Of a stretch of 64,000 nt of DNA, positions 52,921-62,389 are shown in pieces. Every line of letters starts with the position of its first letter. Positions within the stretch are counted from its first letter, which is position 1. Both the position numbers and the translations under genes were made by a program. The notes below the pieces were generated by a model. It made no database searches. It was not told the origin of the DNA and worked only from the letters and a program-made list of their open reading frames with translations. Source of the DNA: Parachlamydiales bacterium (GTDB lineage Bacteria > Chlamydiota > Chlamydiia > Chlamydiales > JAJFMK01). The DNA lies in the NCBI GenBank assembly GCA_963765145.1, contig CAVXVG010000026.1, forward strand, positions 1-64,000, read 5' to 3'.

Positions 52921-54245
52921 TAAAGGGCTTCCTCAACAATTTGAAAGACCTTTTGGACATCCTTTTCTTCTAACACGGGGGCGGGCAATAACATCCGCAC
53001 CTTTGTTGGATGTGTGCCTGCAGAAAAAGCAATGACCCCTTTTTCAAACAGCCGCTGCAAAAACTGCTTGACCTCTCCTTCTTCCCCATTTCCAGGGACA
53101 AACGCGACCATCGATCCACAGCCAAAGGGCCCTTGTAGCTTGAGCCGCTTAATTTCTTTTTCGCACCATTTAAAGACTTGAGCATTCATTCCTTGAGGTC
53201 CAAAGATGGGCAGCTCTTGGAACATCTTCAATGTTTCAAGCCCTGCAAACAATGTCGATGTGGCACCTGTGAAGGTTTGGCTGAGAAGGCCGCCTTTAGG
53301 CTTCATCTTATCTTTGAAAAGGGTGGCACAGACGTTAGACAACTTTCCAATGGTGACAATGTCTACAAAACGCTCAAATCCATACGCTTGAAATGCAAAC
53401 GGTTTTTCTGACCGACCAAAGGTTTGCACCTCGTCAAATAAAATGGGGATCTCTTCTTTTTGAACCCTTTCAAAAATCGGCGTGAAAAATTCTTTGGATC
53501 CAACTCTAAACCCCCCCTCTCCTTGGATCAGTTCGGTAATCAACAAGGCATGTTCTTGCGGATATCGCTTTAAATAGGTTTCCAGCAGCTTCAAAACTTC
53601 GGTGGGATCTTGGTTTTCAGGAAAGGGAAGGTAATCGACATGCAATGTATGGGGTAAACCTTCACGGAACTGAGCTTTATCGGTGACTTGGGACATTGCA
53701 AGTGTCCGTCCGGAAAAGCACCCTTGGAAGGCTAAAACGCGATACGCCCCTTTTCTCTTTTGGAAGGCCATTTTAAAACCGTTTTCTAAAGCCATTGCTC
53801 CGGATGAGGTTAAAAAACAATGATCAAGGCCGGATAGTTTAACAAACGCTTCCATCACTTCTAATGAGATGTCCGTTTGCTGCAAGTTTCCCTGCATGAT
53901 GGTGTCAGACAGAGCCCCTCTTAGGACAGCCTTAGTGAGTCTAGGGTGGGAATGGCCAAAAAAATAGGGGCCGATCCCGTTGATCATGTCATATTTGATG
54001 CTTCCGTCGAGCAGTTCGACCAGCGGACCTTTGCCAATACCAGAACCTAAGTAGGGGTAATAAAGGGGAGTGCCTCGGATGTCGGACAGCCTTTTCAAGG
54101 CAGAAGAGTACTCTTCTTTTAGCCCGGGATGCGGATCCTTAACACCCACAATCCCTTTTTGGATCTGCTCAATAGCATGGCAGAGTTGGTCAATAAGGGG
54201 GTCTAAATCCCCCTCCCACAGTCTTTTTCCGAGTGTATGTTCCAT
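52920..54245 (-). CDS. Class III PLP aminotransferase, AstC-like by context
   Basis: FGHSHP, ELIQGEGG, FDEVQTFGR, TIGK; stop/start overlap with astA. Confidence 0.82.
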   Translation of the reverse strand: MEHTLGKRLWEGDLDPLIDQLCHAIEQIQKGIVGVKDPHPGLKEEYSSALKRLSDIRGTPLYYPYLGSGIGKGPLVELLDGSIKYDMINGIGPYFFGHSHPRLTKAVLRGALSDTIMQGNLQQTDISLEVMEAFVKLSGLDHCFLTSSGAMALENGFKMAFQKRKGAYRVLAFQGCFSGRTLAMSQVTDKAQFREGLPHTLHVDYLPFPENQDPTEVLKLLETYLKRYPQEHALLITELIQGEGGFRVGSKEFFTPIFERVQKEEIPILFDEVQTFGRSEKPFAFQAYGFERFVDIVTIGKLSNVCATLFKDKMKPKGGLLSQTFTGATSTLFAGLETLKMFQELPIFGPQGMNAQVFKWCEKEIKRLKLQGPFGCGSMVAFVPGNGEEGEVKQFLQRLFEKGVIAFSAGTHPTKVRMLLPAPVLEEKDVQKVFQIVEEAL

Positions 54246-54286
54246 AGACTCGAGATATACAGGAAAATACTTTTTTTAACCGCCGA

Positions 54287-54376
54287 ATACGGCCATTTTT
54301 CCTCTTATACGGCCATTTTTTGTTGAATACGGCCACTTTTCAAGCTTGTTTTGGCCGTATAAAAGAAATACGGCCA
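54287..54376. repeat. Five ATACGGCCA boxes
   Basis: Direct copies at 54287, 54307, 54327 (20-bp period) and 54368; inverted copy at 54352. Confidence 0.8.
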
Positions 54377-54384
54377 CTTTTTTT

Positions 54385-54486
54385 GGGCTAAGGTCATTGA
54401 GTGTGGGCAGGCAAATGGCTTCAGGAAGGTTAGAGTGGGAAACACTAAAGGAAGGTTCTGATGACAAGCCGCCGATTGCTTTGAGT
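54385..54486 (-). pseudogene. Degenerate duplicate of the 3' region of the M20 hydrolase gene
   Basis: 54385-54471 aligns without gaps to 55369-55455 (about 20 mismatches in 87); 54474-54486 matches 55551-55563. Confidence 0.8.
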
Positions 54487-54822
54487 CTACTTTTGCTGGC
54501 GCCTCTTTTCTAAAAGCTCTACGAATTTTCTAAATTTCCCCTCTTGTTTTTCCTTTAGAGACCATCTTTCTACTTCTTTCATATCTATATCTTGCTCAAG
54601 ACAGATGTTGATGGCTTGTTCTAGGCCCTGCTTATCGTTCCAATGAAAAAAGCTTGCTAGGCGGTCTTTCACACTGTCGACAGGCAGTAGTAATTTTATT
54701 TTCCCTAAGGAAGTGGTTACAGTATTGAATATTTGAATAGACTCATTTCCTACCGTAACAGGAGGGGAAACGAATTCTACAAGCCATTGACAATCTTTCT
54801 CCCTAGTGTATGGTCCATACAC
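54487..54822 (-). pseudogene. Probably 5'-truncated nucleotidyltransferase-like (type IV toxin-antitoxin-like) gene
   Basis: VEFVSPPV...DSVKDRLASFFHWND...LEQA looks like the C-terminal half of that family; no clear start. Confidence 0.4.
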
Positions 54823-54848
54823 TAGGGATTTATAGGGATAGACTTTTT

Positions 54849-55178
54849 TTAATTGCCGATTACTTTTGGCATTAAATTTGAATCCATAACAAACAACCCA
54901 ATTTTGCTAGCTGCTAGTTCTACCGAATCGCCTTCAGAAGTATAAGTATGTTCACCATCAGAAAGTGTTAATTTTTCTATGATATGAATAGAACGAGGGC
55001 CTTTGGATGCGGGAAAAGTGTCCAAAAACCAAAAGGCTTCACTTGCTGTCATCTTATAAATTTCGATCTTTTTACTATGTCCATCAGTTTTATTTCCATT
55101 CCGAATATTTGTACTGATGAGCAGCTCACATTGACAGCTATCCCCTTTAGCATCTAAAGCATCAAAAATTTTCGTCAT
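54849..55178 (-). CDS. Hypothetical protein (109 aa)
   Basis: GAGGT RBS with ATG; AT-rich; no motif recognised. Confidence 0.6.
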   Translation of the reverse strand: MTKIFDALDAKGDSCQCELLISTNIRNGNKTDGHSKKIEIYKMTASEAFWFLDTFPASKGPRSIHIIEKLTLSDGEHTYTSEGDSVELAASKIGLFVMDSNLMPKVIGN

Positions 55179-55268
55179 AATTAATTACCTCGGTTTAAAA
55201 GGTAAATAATAGATTTTTTTCTTAATCGTGAAAAGACGAAACTTTATTTTAGGAACTTGTTTAGGATT

Positions 55269-56351
55269 TTAGAAAGATTTTTTTAGGAAATTTTTCAGGG
55301 CTTCGAAGCGCGGAGAAAGGGAAGAGATAAGGAGCCGCTCTTCTTTAGAGTGGAGGTTGAAGCCGGTGGGGCCGAGTCCATCGAGTGTGGGTAGGTTGAC
55401 TGCTTCTAGCAAGTTAGAATCGGAAACACCAAAGGAAGGTTCTGATGGTAAGCCGAGCATTTCCATAAATTTCAGGGTGCCAGGTAAACAGTGCCGGGGA
55501 GGCCGATTGTTTTTTTGGGTGACAACGAAGCGGACGCCCCGTTTTTGACTGATTGCTTCGAGTTTTTCTTCAAAAGGTTCGATTTTGCCTCTAATGTTAA
55601 CCACAAGAACGGCTTTATCAGGGATAACATTGGCAGAAACGCCCCCTTTCATCCATCCGGGATTGACAGTGATCCCTTTTTCAAGGTTTTGTAGTGAAGC
55701 AAAATAGAGAGCGACTTCTGATAAAGCTACCAATGCATTTTTTCCAACATGGGCATCTCTTCCTGCATGTCCTCCTTTCCCAAAAGCTTCGATCACAAGC
55801 GTTTTGGAGCCGGGTCTTTTGCCGACAATAGCACCCGTTGGCAAGGAGGGCTCAAACACTAGGCCTAGTGTTTTACCCAAAGCGGCCTGTTGAAGGAGAG
55901 GGCCTGAAGAAGGTGAGCCAATCTCTTCGTCTGGGTTTAAACAAACTTCCCAAGCGATTTTTTCTTTGAAGTCACTGTTCTCTAGCCAAGAGAGGAGGTG
56001 GAACATTAAAATGATGCCCCCTTTCATATCGGCCACGCCCGGCCCGTAAAGAAAATCTCCTTCTTGGCGTATGGGGAACAGTGCTTCGTACACCGTATCG
56101 TAGTGTCCGACCAGCAACAACTTTATAGGTGCGTTTTGCCTCAGCTTCTTAAACGTTAGAAGAGACCCCAACGGAAATTCTTTCCAGTTACCCTCGTTAT
56201 CCAAATTTTTATAGCTTGGTAAGGGAATCGACTCGAACTCATCCGCCAACGGCGAAAACAGCCCTTTTGCATATTCTGCAGCAGCTGCAAGCCCTTTCAC
56301 ATCAAGTGAATGACTCGAAATCGAAGCAAAAGCAATTATCTCATCTAGCAT
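55269..56351 (-). CDS. M20-family metallohydrolase, candidate succinylglutamate desuccinylase
   Basis: GHYDTV, GPGVADMKGG, DEEIGS, FEP, GHAGR, HS; lies upstream of the ast genes. Confidence 0.85.
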   Translation of the reverse strand: MLDEIIAFASISSHSLDVKGLAAAAEYAKGLFSPLADEFESIPLPSYKNLDNEGNWKEFPLGSLLTFKKLRQNAPIKLLLVGHYDTVYEALFPIRQEGDFLYGPGVADMKGGIILMFHLLSWLENSDFKEKIAWEVCLNPDEEIGSPSSGPLLQQAALGKTLGLVFEPSLPTGAIVGKRPGSKTLVIEAFGKGGHAGRDAHVGKNALVALSEVALYFASLQNLEKGITVNPGWMKGGVSANVIPDKAVLVVNIRGKIEPFEEKLEAISQKRGVRFVVTQKNNRPPRHCLPGTLKFMEMLGLPSEPSFGVSDSNLLEAVNLPTLDGLGPTGFNLHSKEERLLISSLSPRFEALKNFLKKSF

Positions 56352-56576
56352 ATCTTTTCATTTATACGCGAAGCGTTTGGAGTATGCAACGGCGGTATTG
56401 CATAATTGTCTAGAGATATTTGAGTTTCCTCCAGCCCTATTAAAGAGATAGGAAATTTATCCTATTGATTGATTATCAGTGCGTTAAATGTCGATTCTCG
56501 TCAATTGTTAATTGGTGGAAATGCCTCCTTATACTTCTTTAATTATCAAAGTCTATTCTGAAGAAAAAAGAGGTTC

Positions 56577-57824
56577 ATGATGCTAGATGTAGGTTTGTTT
56601 CAAGAATTTATTAATCAGGAACTCCAAGTAACAGAGGGCAAAGAGACCCATCTTGCCCCTAACAAAAAAAAAGTTGATGCTCTTGTTAAAAAAATTGCCT
56701 CTTCTTTTCGAGATGAAGGTGTCACAACCTCTGATATAAGGCAGGCAACTGATGCTTTAAGAACGAGACTATCCTCGGAGATTAGTTCTAACGAGGCAAC
56801 TTCGTGGGCAAACTACTTTGGATCCCAATTAGCACAAAAAAAAGATGGCCCCAATAAATTAGTTGAGTTAAAGGGCGGTCCTTTTAAGATAACACCCATT
56901 GACGAACTGCTTCTTATCTCCCACACAGATTATTTCGGAGCTAAAAAAAACTTCGAAAATTCCGTTAGCCAAAATAATCAGACCATTGTTTTAAAAGATG
57001 TTTCTGTTGAAGACTTCCAACTGCTTTTAAAAGTTTTAGCTGATCCAGGGAGTGTTCTAAACTCAGCAACTTCTAAAGAGACGCTCCATAAATGCATGTG
57101 GTTTGCAGATTATTTTCAAAGTTCCTTTCTAACGGAAAAATGTTTACAACAAGCAGCAAGCCCTTTTCTTTCTAATGCTAAGGTCGACCAGCTGATGACT
57201 ATTCATTTTAAAAACTGGGAAGATTCATTAGTTGCTCTTGAAGAGCTTTATGAGATCCAACCGACTAACCAAGTCAAAAAATATATAGGAGAAAATCTTT
57301 CTAGAGGCATGTTCTGTATGTTATCTAAAGAAGCATTTGTCTCTTTTGCCGAAAAATATGGTCCTTACACCTCTTCATTGACACTCCCTTTTAACGCAAA
57401 TAGTAGTTGGCTTAAAGAACTTCATTATTTTCCAAATCTAATCCGTCTTAATCTAAGTAACGCCAAAATCACGGATGCCGGTTTGGCACACCTTCCTCAA
57501 TGCAAAGCTCTTACTTCGATTGATCTTTCGTCTAAAGAGCAAATCACAGACACCGGAGTGGCTTATCTTAGCGAATGCAAGGCTCTTACTTCGATTGACC
57601 TAACTGGATGCAAGCAAATCACAGACATCAGTTTAGCTAACCTCAGTAAGCTACCGCGTCTTAGTTCGCTTAACCTAACGTATTGCTTCGGAATCACCGG
57701 CGTCGGTGTGGCCAATCTTAAAACATGCAAAGCTCTTACTTGGCTTAACCTAACAGGTTGTTATAACGCCACAGATGCCGACCAGGACTTTCCTCCTAAA
57801 GTGAGTGTAATATCAGTCAAATAA
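56577..57824 (+). CDS. BTB/POZ-like plus leucine-rich-repeat effector
   Basis: LLISHTDYF...IVLKDVSVEDFQLLL...ADYFQ..LTEKC (BTB-like); ~25-aa repeats ITDxGLAxLxxCKALTSxDLxGC. Confidence 0.8.
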   Translation: MMLDVGLFQEFINQELQVTEGKETHLAPNKKKVDALVKKIASSFRDEGVTTSDIRQATDALRTRLSSEISSNEATSWANYFGSQLAQKKDGPNKLVELKGGPFKITPIDELLLISHTDYFGAKKNFENSVSQNNQTIVLKDVSVEDFQLLLKVLADPGSVLNSATSKETLHKCMWFADYFQSSFLTEKCLQQAASPFLSNAKVDQLMTIHFKNWEDSLVALEELYEIQPTNQVKKYIGENLSRGMFCMLSKEAFVSFAEKYGPYTSSLTLPFNANSSWLKELHYFPNLIRLNLSNAKITDAGLAHLPQCKALTSIDLSSKEQITDTGVAYLSECKALTSIDLTGCKQITDISLANLSKLPRLSSLNLTYCFGITGVGVANLKTCKALTWLNLTGCYNATDADQDFPPKVSVISVK

Positions 57825-58024
57825 GGTCGACGGCGAGTTCGTCGAAGAGGAGGATCCCTTTTAGGGTGAGTTTGGCCCCTTTTTCTATGAGGCCGAGGGA
57901 CTCTAGTTTTTGTAAGGTTTTGAAGGTGCGGGAGGGGAGTTGACCCCATCTTTTCTTGAAAAGAGGAAAGGTCGACGCCGTCAAGCCATCGGAGATGGAC
58001 GACAAAAAGTTCGAGCAATCTGTC
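57817..58024 (-). repeat. Direct repeat of the last ~207 bp of hemW
   Basis: Matches 62390-62596 with 1 indel and 6 substitutions; both copies end ...AVDLI-stop. Confidence 0.95.
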
Positions 58025-58030
58025 AACAGC

Positions 58031-61000
58031 TTAATTCTGGCAGAAAGCCGTAATTTTGGCCGCTTTTTCTTCACACTTTTTTGCCCCCTCTAGGTCTCCC
58101 TGCGCCTTTAACACAGTCCCAAGGTTGTTATAGATAGTGACCAGGTCGATGTGGTTTTCGGTCTTTGGGTTGGCAGTGTAAATTTGAATCGCCTTTTCAT
58201 AAGCCTCTTTTGCTTCTGTGAGATTCCCCTGAGCCTGCAGCGCTTCTCCTTTATTGCAGTAGCTTAGAGCCACGCTAGTGTGATTTTCAGTCTTCAAGCA
58301 GACCCTCTTAATTCCCAAAGATATTTCGGCAGATTTTTTTGCCCCCTCGAAGTCCCCTTGGGCATATAGGATAGTTCCAATGCGGTCATGGCTATCGGCT
58401 ACGCTCAGACTTTCCTTCCCTCGGTATGCGATCCGAATATTCAAAGCGTTTTCGTGATACCCTAATGCGGCTGCAAGATTTCCTTGATCTTTTAGAGAAG
58501 CTGCTAGACACACATAACTATCGGCAACACTCGGATGATTTTTCCCTCGGCAGGCGATTTCAATTTTCAAAGATTTTTCAAAGTATGGTTGTGCCTCACC
58601 CGGTTTCCCTTGGGCGTAAAGCGCAGTCCCTAATGTTGTGGTAGCTAGCGGCCACGCTGGTGTGGTTTTCAGTCTCAAAACAAGAGACCTTAATTTTCAA
58701 AGCTTTTTCGTGATATTCCAAAGCTTTTGTGAGATTACCTTGAGCCTCCTCCAGAGTGCCTAAGTTGTTGTAACTAGAGGCCACACTCATGTGGTTTTTA
58801 GTCTTTAAGCAAGCGATCTTCATGTCCAAAGCTTTTTCGTAATACTCTTTTGCTTGATCGAAATCTCCTTGATCTTTGTGCAGAACTCCTAGGTTGTTAT
58901 AGCATCCGGCCAGATCGATGTGGTTTTCAGTCTTTGGGTTGGCAGTGAAAAATCTGATAGCTGTTTCGTAATTCTCTTTTGCCCCATCTAGATCTCCTTT
59001 ATTTTGTTTCACAGTGCCCATGTTAATGTAGTTTTGAGCCACCTCAATGTTGTTTTCGGATCCTAGGAAATCGACCTTCATTTTCAATGCTTTATCTAAA
59101 TATTCTGTTGCCTCTATAAGGTTCCCAAGCTCTCTCAATGCAAGCGCTAAGTTGTTATAGCATTGTGCCACGACTGTTGGAGGGACTCCAACACTAGTAT
59201 TATAAATTTTGATCGCGTTTTCGTAATATTGTTTTGCTCCTTTAAAGTCGCTGGTTTTGTGAAGAAAAGCTCCTATTAGGTGACTTACATCCCCTTCTTT
59301 TGCACTAAGTGCATTTCGTTCTTCTGCATGCCCGATCAATGCCCTAGCATGTGGAATAAGGACCTCTTCGGCCTTGCGCTCTTCTTGAGTTCCTACCTTT
59401 CCTTCCATTTTTCTTTGCAAGATCATGACACCATATATGATGGCCTGTTTTGCCTCTTTCAGTTCACATTGATCGAGGGTGACTGTTTGGATGAGACGGT
59501 GGATCGAGATCCATTTTTTTTGAGAGCCTTCTTTCTGCTCGACCTCTTGTACGATCAGAGAGTAGCTCTCGAGTATGCGAAGGGCGTCTTGGAAGCCGAG
59601 GCCGTTGGTGCGGTGCTTATATTTAAGCCAGGTTTCGAGAAATTCTTCGGGAATTCTATCAGGGGCAAGGCAGCTGCAGAAGTTAAGAAGTTTGAGGGCG
59701 TTTGGATCTTCGTTGGCGATCTTTTCCATCGACAGGAGCCAAGCGGTCGCAACGCTGCCGGGGTATCCTTTTTCTTTTTGGGAGAGCATCTGCTTTTGCC
59801 CTTCTTTGAAGGCCGTGCGGTAGGTGGCAACATCAATCTGTTGTCTTCTGATGTAGGCACCGGCTTGGGTGAGAGCGAGTGGGAGAAACCCGAGCTCTTC
59901 AGAAAGGAGGTTAAGTTCTTCCTCTTGTCCTGAGATGCCGGAGATTTTTTGCAGGTAGTGGAGAGCCTCTTCTTTGCTGAAGACATCGATGGTAATCGGT
60001 TTGTCCCAGTTGGGATTACGAGAGGTGATGATGACGTGTCCACCTTGTGGAAGAACCTCACGGAGCATGTTGGGATCTTCGGCGTTGTCGAAGATAAGAA
60101 GCCATCCTTTTTGCTTTTCTAGGGCATTTTTCATGGTGGAGATGACAACGTCGTCTTTGAGGAATTCTTCTGAGATGCCCATCTCGAGCCCAAGCATCCG
60201 TAGGTCGGCCTTGATCGTTTCCGTTTGTTCGGAACGGATCCAGTAGATCATCTTGTACTTTTCCGCATTTCTGTAGGCGAATTCGAGGGCGAGCTGACTT
60301 TTTCCAACCCCTCCCATTCCTGTATTGGTGATGGCACCAGAGTGACCGCTTTTGAGGGACTCTTCGAGGTGGGCAAGTTCCTTTTCACGACCAGTAAAGT
60401 TTCTGTTCCGCCCCATGGGGAGGTGAAAGATCGTCTCTTTGTAGATCCCCTTTTTTTCGAGCCTCTCTTGCCTTGCTAGCATGATGGCTAGAGTGTTTTG
60501 AAAACCTGACTTTAATTGGATGTCGAAAGAATCGGATTGCATCTCTCTTATGGTTTGGAGGAAAGGTACAATTTTTTCGGCCCCTTCTTTAGCAATGGCG
60601 ATTTCTGTAGGAGAACCTCCGACTTTTGTTAGCTGATTGGCTTGTTTCGTCCAATGCTCTTGATAAGCGAAAATGGCCTCGTCGCTAAGATCTGTGCCGG
60701 GCATAACGATAGGAAATAAACGATATGTCCAAGAGCGTTCTCGCATCGTAGTGATGATTTCAAAGAGGCAGTTGAAAGATTTGAGATAAATTGGGGTAAC
60801 GACACTAAAGGTGTAGTCCGATTCTAGGATCACCTTTTTCATAAACTCTCTCACGCTTTCAAACTCGCGCATCTTTCGTGTGTCTCTTAACAGCTCAATC
60901 CCCATCTCTTTAAAGAGGGTATCGATCTGATTGACTTGAGGTGTGGCACTCCAGTTATAAGAGATGAAGATTTGGATCGCTTGTTCCTTAATTTCATTTT

Positions 61001-62285
61001 GGAGTTGCTCAAGAGAGAATTTGAGATATTTCTCGAGGGTTTGGGGAGAGGGATCAAGATTAGATAGGAGGGTAGGAGCTGGAGCAAGTGAGGTTTTGGT
61101 ATTCTCTAAGGCTTTTTGTTTTGTGACTAGTCGCTCCCGATCGCTCAAGTAAAAATCGACGTACATTTTAGCCGATATTTTACTGCTCTTGATGTAGGCG
61201 ACTGCTTCAGCAAGTTTTGCAGGGTGGTTTGCCAAAAGATCGCTTAAGAGCTTGGCCGCTTCGGAGGAGATTCCAAGTTGTTCTACGAGGTAATGATGCG
61301 CCTCTTCGGAAGTGAAGCTTCCTATAGTCATATGGGTATAAGAGAGGTTTTGGCCAATAATCAATGTATGAGCAGAAGGTAGGACTAAAAAGGGGTCTGT
61401 TACGTTATCGTAGATAAGGAGGACATCCTTCATGTGAGGAAACTCTTTTTTAACCTGTTCGCTACTCATCTCTAATTGAGTTGCAAGTTGCTTGAAACTC
61501 TCTTCTAGAGTTTGCTTGTTTGTTGCATCGAGCCAAAAAATGCCCGATGTGTAAATTTCAGAAGCTTTTGCATACTCGATGGCTAGCGTGGTTTTGCCTG
61601 CTCCCGCGGCTCCTGTGATCGATACAACAGGTCGCTCTGCAAACAGAGAAGATAGCTGAGCCAGAGCGTCTGTTCTTGCGGTGGAAGCTTTAACCTGCGG
61701 CAAAAAGAAAAAACGTTTTGTTTCAAGAAGATGAGACCTTTTTTCTATTGCCTGAGTAATTGAGGATAAGTTGTCTTGGAGGAGTTGATCTAAGGGGGGC
61801 ATCAGGGTATCTCTGATCATTCTGATCATGAGAGAAATGTTCTCTTCGATCAACTTGATATCATCCTGTTCAGAGGGTGCTGCATTTTTTAAGGCATCGC
61901 TCCAATATTGGACGTACTTAAGTTCCTCGCCAGGCCCAAAAATAGAGACTTTTTTGTCCATAATGACAGGAAAAAGCCGTTGCTTGAAATGGGGATCAGC
62001 TATTAGACGACGGATGAGAGGTAGAATATCTTTTTTCGATTTGAGAAGCGAGTCGGTAATAAAAAGAAAATAGTGGGTCGCAGCAGCCGGGTCATTTTCT
62101 TGAGATGCCACCTTGCTGCGCTCAAAACAATCGATGACTTGCTTTGTTTGGGCAGAGAAGCTGGGCTCTGCTCCGATGTAGATGTTGCAAGAATTGTTAG
62201 ATACAAGTTCGTCTTTTATAGCCGTCTTTTCCATCAACCATGGCAAGACTTGTGCTGAAATTCCTAATGCAGGGATAAGACTCAT
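58031..62285 (-). pseudogene. STAND protein: degenerate TIR - NB-ARC - TIR - NB-ARC - TPR; +1 frameshift near 58633, possibly a sequencing error
   Basis: GAAGAGKT/LLIYDNV; IFISYNW...NCLFEI; FTGRE...GMGGVGKS/LLIFDNA; TPRs of the form VAxSYNNLG; removing one base joins the two ORFs. Confidence 0.85.
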
Positions 62286-62389
62286 ATTTTTTCCTTAAAA
62301 CGAAAATGTTTTTGATCTAACTTTAAGAGCCATTATATAGGGGCAGCTAGTTTAAATTGGCTTTAATTTCGCATTTTAAGCGCTTCGCC

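Noticed and set aside
54287..54376. CRISPR array
   Set aside because: The repeats are 9-14 bp with ~6-11-bp spacers, one copy is inverted, and no cas genes are present.
57761..58074. Two 85-aa ORFs as independent genes
   Set aside because: They are frames of the duplicated, frameshifted hemW tail.
59280..60061. 217-aa and 168-aa ORFs overlapping the STAND gene
   Set aside because: They are antisense or alternate-frame shadows with no motifs.
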